Source: an uncultured Actinomycetota bacterium (GTDB taxonomy: Bacteria > Actinomycetota > Actinomycetes > JAHEKZ01). Taken from it: a stretch of DNA of 64,000 nt. How positions within the stretch are numbered: the first letter of the stretch is position 1; the number at the start of each line of letters is the position of its first letter. The stretch spans positions 352,001 to 416,000 of the forward strand of contig CAVURN010000002.1 of NCBI GenBank assembly GCA_963743915.1, written 5' to 3'. Below are positions 57,118 through 64,000 of this stretch, in pieces. The notes under the pieces were generated by a model that was not told the DNA's origin, did no database searches, and saw only the letters and a list, made by a program, of their open reading frames with translations. Both the position numbers and the translations under genes were made by a program.

Positions 57118-58421
57118 CAGCTGTCCCGGGGCACGCGCGCCCGCACCGCGTCGACGTGCGCCTGAAGGTCTTCAGCGCCGCCGAGCGCGTCGATGTGGGG
57201 AGCGGACGCAGCCAGAGCCGCGCGGTCGTACTCGATCACGTGGATCCCGCGCAGGAACGACTGCACCGACAGACCGCCGGTGTGGCGCGCCGTGCCTCCC
57301 GTCGGCAGCACGTGGTTGGACCCGGCGAGGTAGTCGCCGAGCGACACAGGGGCGTACGGGCCGACGAAGATGGCGCCGGCGTTGCGAACCCGGTCGGCCC
57401 GAGCCCGCGCGTCGGCCGTGACCACCTCGAGGTGCTCGGCAGCCCACTCATCGACCACTGCGAGTCCCTGCTCGAGGTCGTCGACCAGGCAGTAGGCACT
57501 CTGCTTCGACAGCGCCGTCTCGACGCGCTCCCGGTGCCGGGTGGCGGGTACCTGGACGGCGAGCTCGGCGTCGACCGCGTCGAGCAGGTCGGCGCTGTCG
57601 GTGACGAGCAGGCAGGACGCGTTCTCGTCGTGCTCGGCCTGCGCGATGAGGTCTGCCGCCAGGTAGCGGGGGTCGGCACCGGCGTCGGCGAGGATTCCGA
57701 TCTCGGTCGGGCCGGCCTCCGAGTCGATCCCGATGGTCCCCTTCAGGAGCCGCTTGGCCGCTGCGACGTACACGTTGCCGGGGCCGGTCACGAGGTCGAC
57801 CCGTGGACAGTCCTCCGTGCCGTAGGCGAACATCGCCACCGCTTGAGCTCCTCCGACCGCGTACACCTCGGTGACGCCCAGCAGGCCGCACGCCGCGAGG
57901 ATCGTGGGGTGGGGAAGCCCCCCGTGCTCACGCTGCGGAGGCGACGCGACAGCGAGCGCGCCCACCCCGGCCACCTGGGCAGGGACCACGTTCATGACCA
58001 CGCTGCTGGGATAGACGTAGACCCCACCGGGCACGTACAGACCCACGCGGCCCACCGGCACCCATCGCTCGGTGACCGTGCCGCCGGGCACGACCTCGAC
58101 GGTCAGGTCCTCGCGCCGCTGCACCTGGTGGACGCGTCGGGTCCGGTCGATGGCCTCCTCGAGAGCGGCCCGGAGCTCGGGGGTCAGCGTGGCCACCGCG
58201 TCCTCGATGGCGGCGACCGGTACCCGCGCCGATGGCACGTCGACGCCGTCGAACCGTGCAGTCAGCTCGCGCACGGCGGCGGCGCCCCGGTGGCGCACGT
58301 CGTCGCAGAGGGGTCGCACCACGTCGACTGCCGCCTCGACGCTCAATGCGGCCCGCGGCAGCACGTCACGGGGATCGACGGACGAGCGCGCTGCCCCGGT
58401 GAGGTCGATGCGGGAGATCAT
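57117..58421 (-). CDS. hisD: Histidinol dehydrogenase
   Basis: [42 protein letters not shown]. Confidence 0.97.
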   Translation of the reverse strand: MISRIDLTGAARSSVDPRDVLPRAALSVEAAVDVVRPLCDDVRHRGAAAVRELTARFDGVDVPSARVPVAAIEDAVATLTPELRAALEEAIDRTRRVHQVQRREDLTVEVVPGGTVTERWVPVGRVGLYVPGGVYVYPSSVVMNVVPAQVAGVGALAVASPPQREHGGLPHPTILAACGLLGVTEVYAVGGAQAVAMFAYGTEDCPRVDLVTGPGNVYVAAAKRLLKGTIGIDSEAGPTEIGILADAGADPRYLAADLIAQAEHDENASCLLVTDSADLLDAVDAELAVQVPATRHRERVETALSKQSAYCLVDDLEQGLAVVDEWAAEHLEVVTADARARADRVRNAGAIFVGPYAPVSLGDYLAGSNHVLPTGGTARHTGGLSVQSFLRGIHVIEYDRAALAASAPHIDALGGAEDLQAHVDAVRARVPRDS

Positions 58422-58449
58422 GGGACCAGAGTCTAGGAAGGACCGCGGT

Positions 58450-58971
58450 CTAGCCGGAGGGTGGAGGCGGCGCAGGTGCCACGGCCGCCGAGGCGAGGAG
58501 CATGCCGAGCAGGCCCAGCGCCGCCACCAGTGGCGCGAGCAGCACCCCCGGCGCGCGGAGGCTGAGGGCTCCCTCGACCGTGGTGGTGACCCCCGCCGCG
58601 ACCGTGTCGACCAGGGACGCCGGGTCCGGCGGCCCCAGGACACCGCCCACCACCCATCCGGTGAGGCTCACCAGCGCCGCGCCGACCGCCACCGACACGG
58701 CGAGCGGCACCGGCTGGGAGCGACCGCGGGTCCACAGCAGCGCCGTGAGGGCGATCCCGGTCAGCAGGCCGAGCACCAGGAACCAGCCGTCGGCGGCGAA
58801 CCAGTCGTCGTGGCCGATGTCGGCCGGCACGACGGACCCGTCGGAGGTGATCGTCCACTTCACGGCCGGGGTCAGCAGCCACCACAGGACGCCCAGGACG
58901 ACACCGAGCACGATGCCCACGAGCGCCCCCTCCGCGCCGATCTGCAGACGGGCGCGGCCGGCCTCGGTCAC
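58450..58971 (-). CDS. Integral membrane protein
   Basis: 4 TM helices; FAADGWF motif. Confidence 0.75.
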   Translation of the reverse strand: MTEAGRARLQIGAEGALVGIVLGVVLGVLWWLLTPAVKWTITSDGSVVPADIGHDDWFAADGWFLVLGLLTGIALTALLWTRGRSQPVPLAVSVAVGAALVSLTGWVVGGVLGPPDPASLVDTVAAGVTTTVEGALSLRAPGVLLAPLVAALGLLGMLLASAAVAPAPPPPSG

Positions 58972-60467
58972 GTGTCGCTCGCGTCGGAGAACACCAGCCG
59001 GAGACGGATGCGTGAGCCCCCGTCATCGGGCGTCACTGTGCCGCCGAATCCGGCCAACGGCTCGATGACCGAGGAGGCGTCCGGTGCTGCGAGCTGGGCG
59101 AAGCTGCGGATCGTCGCGAGGTCCACCCACACCAGGGAGGCGGCCTCCCCGCTGTCCGGCAGCGCCTCGCGGTACGTCGGGTCGCTGCCGAGTTCGCCGT
59201 CGCCTGCCTCCAGCCGGTCGGCGAACTGCTGGGAGGTGGCGACCACCATTCCGTCGGCGACCGCCTGCGCGGTGAAGCCGAACCCACCGGTCAGTGGATC
59301 GAGGACCCGCTGCAGCCGCCGGGCCAGGTCGTCGGCCGACGCCGGGTCGGTGACCGACCGCAACCCGATCCCGGGGACGCCGGTGAGCAGCCCTCCACCG
59401 TCCACGGCAGCGACCATGTCGTCACCGAGCAGCGTCTCCAGGTCGTCGGGCACGACGAGTCCGTACTGCGCCTCGAGCTCGGCGAGCTGACGCTCGAGCT
59501 CGCGGGTGCCGCCCGCTTCCTCCACCCGATCGAGCACCGACTGCCACTGACTTGCCACGGCCTCAGCACCACCGGTGACCTCCAGGGCGAGAACCGTGCT
59601 CTTCGGGAGTCCCTCGGCGAGGACCGCCGGTGTCGCCGAGGTCGAGACGTCGACGCTGCTCCACGCGAGCAGCTCGAGGGCACTCGGCTCCGCGCGGAGC
59701 ACTGCACCCGTCTGGCCCCCGCCCATCGTCGAGCCATCGAACGCGTCGAACCCCAGGTCCGTCGCGAGGGTCTCGGCGGCGGCGTCGAGCGCTTCGGCGT
59801 CGACGTACATGCTCATGATCCCGTCGTCGAGGCGGTCGAACACCTCCTGGAAGGGCGAGGACTCGGCCAACGGGGCGGTGTCCGCAGCAGCAACGATCTC
59901 CGCGGCCGTCGCGGAGTCCGGGAAGCGGGGGACCTCCCCCTCGGGCAAGAGGTCTCCGCCCACGAGCGGGACCTCGGAGAAGAGGTCGCCGGACACGATG
60001 ACGTAGCCGTCGGCGAGCGCCATCTGGTCGTCGTCGAGGACTCGACCGAGGTCGGCGAGCGCCTCGTCACCGTCGGTCGCCTGCAGCGCCGCAACCGGCG
60101 TCAAGGCGCGCTTCTCCGCGTCCCAGCTCAGGCCGATGCCCACGCGGTCACCGACCCAGTCCTCGACCCGTGCCCCTTCCAGGTCGGTGCCCTGGACCAA
60201 CCGGTCGATCACCACCTGGCGCAGGTCCGGCCGCTCTCCGTAGGCGTCCTCGACGTCGGGGAACCGGCCCAGCAGGCGGACGAGGTTGAGCTTCTGCTCC
60301 GCGGCCGGGTCGAGGTCGACGTCGGCGAAGGCCACCAGGGTGTCGGGCAGGACGTCCTCGGGCTGGGTGCCGCCTCCGCCGACGAAGGCGCCCACGGCGA
60401 AGCCCGCACCAGCAGCGGCCACGACGGCGACCGCTGCGCCCGTGACGACGAGGGCGCGCCGGTTCAC
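58968..60467 (-). CDS. DUF3352-like secreted/membrane-anchored protein
   Basis: N-terminal TM; GTQPEDVLP, DLDPAAEQK, WVGDRVGIG, DDLETLLGD. Confidence 0.7.
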   Translation of the reverse strand: MNRRALVVTGAAVAVVAAAGAGFAVGAFVGGGGTQPEDVLPDTLVAFADVDLDPAAEQKLNLVRLLGRFPDVEDAYGERPDLRQVVIDRLVQGTDLEGARVEDWVGDRVGIGLSWDAEKRALTPVAALQATDGDEALADLGRVLDDDQMALADGYVIVSGDLFSEVPLVGGDLLPEGEVPRFPDSATAAEIVAAADTAPLAESSPFQEVFDRLDDGIMSMYVDAEALDAAAETLATDLGFDAFDGSTMGGGQTGAVLRAEPSALELLAWSSVDVSTSATPAVLAEGLPKSTVLALEVTGGAEAVASQWQSVLDRVEEAGGTRELERQLAELEAQYGLVVPDDLETLLGDDMVAAVDGGGLLTGVPGIGLRSVTDPASADDLARRLQRVLDPLTGGFGFTAQAVADGMVVATSQQFADRLEAGDGELGSDPTYREALPDSGEAASLVWVDLATIRSFAQLAAPDASSVIEPLAGFGGTVTPDDGGSRIRLRLVFSDASDT

Positions 60468-63400
60468 GCCACGCTGCCTTGGCCGAGAAGGGCCTTGACG
60501 TCGCCGAAGAGCGCGGGTGAGGGGCGGACGCGCAGCCGGTCGTCGAGCCGCATGACCGTGGTGCGTCCGCCGGACTGCAGTTGCAGATGGACCTCGACGG
60601 TGCCGGGGTGGGCGCTGAGCACCTCCTTGAGCCGGTCCACCACCGGCGGCACGCACCGGGCGACCGGCAGCGAGATGACCACCGGACCTCGCGCCTCCTC
60701 GGCGTCGAGGTCGGGCACGGTCATCTCCATCGCCACGAGCTTCGGGACGTCCTCGCGCCGGTCGAGCCGGCCCTTGACCAGCACGATGCGGTCCTCGTGC
60801 AGCTGGGGGGCGACGAGCTGGTAGGCGGACGGGAAGAACATGACCTCGACCGCGCCCTCGAGGTCCTCGATCGTGGCGATCGCCCAGGCGTTCCCCTGCT
60901 TGGTGACCTTCCGCTGAAGACTGGTGATGAGACCGCCGATGGTGAGCGTGGACCCGTCGGGTCGCTCCGCGTCGGCCATCAGCTCGGCCACCGAGCAGTC
61001 GGCGTTCGCTGCGAGCACGTGCTCCACGCCGAAGAGCGGATGGTCCGACACGTACAGCCCGAGCATCTCGCGCTCGTGGGTGAGCAGGGTGGACTTCTCC
61101 CACTCGCCGACAGGGATGGTGAGATCGGTGGTGAAGGCCGCAGTCTCGGAGTCCTCGGAGGAGCCGAACAGGTCGAACTGACCGATGGCTTCGGCCCGCT
61201 TCGTCTCGAGCACCATGTCCACGGCCTCGGCGTGCACGGTGATCAGGCCACGACGCGTGTGGCCGAGGGAGTCAAAGGCACCCGCCTTGACCAACGACTC
61301 GATGACCCGCTTGTTGCAGACGACCTGGTCGACCTTTGCGAGGAAGTCGGTGAAGTCGGTGAAGCGACCCTTGCTGCGCCGCGCCTCGACGACCGATCCG
61401 ACGACGTTGAGTCCCACGTTCCGGATCGCCGCGAGACCGAACCGGATGTCCGAGCCCCGCGGCGTGTAGTTGGCGTCGGAGTCGTTGACGTCCGGAGGGA
61501 GCACCTTGATGCCCATCCGGCGGCACTCGTGCAGGTAGAGCGCGGACTTGTCCTTGTCGTCCCGCACCGAGGTGAGCAGCGCCGCCATGTACTCGGCCGG
61601 GAAGTTGGCCTTCAGGAACGCCGTCCAGTACGACACCAGGCCGTATCCAGCGGTATGCGCCTTGTTGAACGCGTAGTCGGCGAACGGCACGAGGATGTCC
61701 CACAGCGTCGTGATCGCCTTGTCGGAGTAGCCACGCGCCCGCATGCCCTCGGAGAAGGGCACGAACTCCTTGTCGAGCACCTCCTTCTTCTTCTTGCCCA
61801 TCGCCCGACGGAGGAGGTCGGCCTGCCCCAGCGTGTAGCCCGCAAGCTGCTGCGCGATCGCCATGACCTGTTCCTGGTAGACGATGACGCCATAGGTGTC
61901 GCCCAGGATCTCCGACAGCGGCTCGGCCAGCTCGGGGTGGATCGGAGTGACAGGCTTGCGTCCGTTCTTGCGGTCGGCGTAGTCGTTGTGAGCGTTGGCG
62001 CCCATGGGCCCCGGCCGGTAGAGCGCGAGCACGGCCGAGATGTCCTCGAAGTTGTCCGGCACCATCGACCGGAGAAGGGCGCGCATCGGCCCGCCGTCGA
62101 GCTGGAACACCCCGAGCGTGTCCCCTCGCGCCAGGAGCTCGTAGGTCGGTTTGTCGTCCAGCGACAGCGTCTCCAGCACGATCGTCTCGCTGCGGTTCGC
62201 CTCGATGTTGGCGAGGGCGTCCTCGAGCACCGTCAGGTTGCGCAGCCCGAGGAAGTCCATCTTCAGCAGCCCGAGCGCTTCACAGGTCGGGTAGTCGAAC
62301 TGCGTGATGATGGCGCCGTCCTGCTCGCGCTTCATGATCGGGATGTGGTCGACCAGGCGCTCGCTGGACATGATGACGCCGGCGGCGTGCACGCCCCACT
62401 GGCGCTTGAGGTTCTCGAGGCCTCTCGCGGTGTCGACGACCCGCTTGGCGTCCGCGTCCGACTCGTACAGCGCCCGGAACTCGCCGGCCTCGCTGTACCG
62501 CCTGTCCTTGGGGTCGAAGATACCGCCGAGCGAGATGTCCTTGCCCATCACCGACGGGGGCATCACCTTGGTGATGCGGTCACCGAGCGCGTAGGGATAC
62601 CCCAGCACGCGTGAGGCGTCCTTGACCGCCTGCTTGGCCTTGATGGTCCCGTAGGTGACGATCTGCGCGACGCGGTCGTCGCCGTACCGCTCGGTGACGT
62701 AGCGGATGACGTCGCCGCGTCGACGCTCGTCGAAGTCGATGTCGATGTCGGGCATCGAGACGCGCTCGGGGTTGAGGAAACGCTCGAAGAGCAGGCCGTG
62801 CTTGAGCGGATCGAGATCGGTGATGCCGAGCGCGTAGGCCACGATCGCGCCTGCCGCCGACCCCCGTCCCGGGCCGACCCGGATACCTTGGGCCTTGGCC
62901 CAGCCGATGAAGTCGGCGACGACCAGGAAGTAGCCGGGAAAGCCCATCTGGGTGATGACGTCGACCTCGTACTCCGCCTGCTTGCGAACCTCGTCGGAGA
63001 CGCCGTCGGGGTACCGACGGTGGAGGCCGCGCTCGACCTCCTTGACGAACCAGCTCGCCTCCGACTCCCCCTCGGGGACGTCGAAGCGCGGCATGAGGTT
63101 GGCGTCCTCGTTGAAGGCCACCTCGCACCGCTCGGCGATGAGCAGCGTGTTGTCGCACGCCTCGGGGAAGTCACGCCAGACGTCCCGCATCTCCGCGGCA
63201 GTCTTGAGGTAGAAGTCGTCGGAGTCGAACTTGAACCGCGTGGGGTCGGCGAGCGTGGAGCCGGACTGCACACAGAGCAGCGCCGCATGCGCCTCGGAGT
63301 CCTGCGCGCGCGTGTAGTGCAGGTCGTTGGTGGCGACCAGTGGCAGGTTGAGCGTCTCGGCCAGCCGGAGCAGATCGTCGCGCGCACGACGTTCGATGCC

Positions 63401-63979
63401 GAGGCCGTGGTCCATGAGCTCCGCGAAGAAGTTGTCGGCCCCGAAGATGTCGCGGTAGTCGGACGCCGCCTGAACGGCCGCGTCGAACTTGCCGAGCCGC
63501 AGCAGGGTCTGGACCTCGCCGGACGGGCATCCGGTGGTGGCGATCAGCCCGGTGCTGTAGGTCTGCAGCAGCTCGCGGTCCATCCGGGGCTTGAAGTAGA
63601 AGCCCTCGATGCTGGCCAGGCTGGAGAGCCGGAAGAGATTGTGCATGCCGGTCGTGGACTCGGCGAGCAACGTCATGTGCGTGTAGGCGCCCGACCCGGA
63701 GACGTCGTCCTCCCCCCCGCCGCCCCAGCGGACCCGCGTGCGGTCGCGTCGATCGGTGCCGGGCGTCAGGTAGGCCTCGGTGCCGATGATCGGTCGGATG
63801 CCCCGGTCGCGCGCCTGTCGGTAGAAGTCGTACGCGCCGAACACGTTGCCGTGGTCGGTGATGGCGATGGCCGGCATCTGCTGCTCGACTGCGGCGTCGA
63901 GCAGCTCGCCGACGCGCGCGGCACCGTCGAGCATGGAGTACTCGGTGTGCACGTGCAGGTGCACGAACGAGTCGGCCAT
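60464..63979 (-). CDS. dnaE: DNA polymerase III alpha subunit
   Basis: FVHLHVHTEYSMLDG, GRGSAAG, SMPDIDIDF, GVHAAG, YAFNKAH; 1171 aa, no intein-sized insert. Confidence 0.98.
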   Translation of the reverse strand: MADSFVHLHVHTEYSMLDGAARVGELLDAAVEQQMPAIAITDHGNVFGAYDFYRQARDRGIRPIIGTEAYLTPGTDRRDRTRVRWGGGGEDDVSGSGAYTHMTLLAESTTGMHNLFRLSSLASIEGFYFKPRMDRELLQTYSTGLIATTGCPSGEVQTLLRLGKFDAAVQAASDYRDIFGADNFFAELMDHGLGIERRARDDLLRLAETLNLPLVATNDLHYTRAQDSEAHAALLCVQSGSTLADPTRFKFDSDDFYLKTAAEMRDVWRDFPEACDNTLLIAERCEVAFNEDANLMPRFDVPEGESEASWFVKEVERGLHRRYPDGVSDEVRKQAEYEVDVITQMGFPGYFLVVADFIGWAKAQGIRVGPGRGSAAGAIVAYALGITDLDPLKHGLLFERFLNPERVSMPDIDIDFDERRRGDVIRYVTERYGDDRVAQIVTYGTIKAKQAVKDASRVLGYPYALGDRITKVMPPSVMGKDISLGGIFDPKDRRYSEAGEFRALYESDADAKRVVDTARGLENLKRQWGVHAAGVIMSSERLVDHIPIMKREQDGAIITQFDYPTCEALGLLKMDFLGLRNLTVLEDALANIEANRSETIVLETLSLDDKPTYELLARGDTLGVFQLDGGPMRALLRSMVPDNFEDISAVLALYRPGPMGANAHNDYADRKNGRKPVTPIHPELAEPLSEILGDTYGVIVYQEQVMAIAQQLAGYTLGQADLLRRAMGKKKKEVLDKEFVPFSEGMRARGYSDKAITTLWDILVPFADYAFNKAHTAGYGLVSYWTAFLKANFPAEYMAALLTSVRDDKDKSALYLHECRRMGIKVLPPDVNDSDANYTPRGSDIRFGLAAIRNVGLNVVGSVVEARRSKGRFTDFTDFLAKVDQVVCNKRVIESLVKAGAFDSLGHTRRGLITVHAEAVDMVLETKRAEAIGQFDLFGSSEDSETAAFTTDLTIPVGEWEKSTLLTHEREMLGLYVSDHPLFGVEHVLAANADCSVAELMADAERPDGSTLTIGGLITSLQRKVTKQGNAWAIATIEDLEGAVEVMFFPSAYQLVAPQLHEDRIVLVKGRLDRREDVPKLVAMEMTVPDLDAEEARGPVVISLPVARCVPPVVDRLKEVLSAHPGTVEVHLQLQSGGRTTVMRLDDRLRVRPSPALFGDVKALLGQGSVA

Positions 63980-64000
63980 TCCGGTGCCGGCCTCCCATCG

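Noticed and set aside
60464-63979. Intein in dnaE
   Set aside because: Length of 1171 aa is normal and no splice-junction motifs or insert were seen.

Overview
High-GC actinobacterial chromosome segment, almost entirely minus-strand housekeeping operons. These are dnaE; hisDCBHAFI; trpE/C/B/A with lgt and VIT1; pyk; pyrR-pyrB-pyrC-carAB-pyrK-pyrD-pyrF-mihF-gmk-rpoZ-coaBC-metK-priA-def-fmt-rsmB; rpe; an FMN riboswitch with ribD-ribE-ribBA-ribH-hisE-hisG; infC-rpmI-rplT; and pheS-pheT. About 14 genes carry single-base frameshifts, most likely long-read or consensus indel errors. Three accessory nuclease-type genes are interspersed. (i) An AbiEi-wHTH/PD-(D/E)XK-like gene (36754-37841) is bracketed by two related 68-bp palindromes, a REPtron-like layout, at the junction between bldD and pyk. 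(ii, iii) Two DUF222-HNH genes (3205-4461 and ~39687-40968) each have a perfect LexA SOS box on a sigmaA-type promoter and a ~90-100 nt hairpin leader that hides the ribosome binding site; the two leaders share short sequence motifs. The window also holds a bldD orthologue with an intact c-di-GMP motif and tandem BldD-box-like sites, and a membrane GGEEF diguanylate cyclase. No rRNA, tRNA or CRISPR array was seen.
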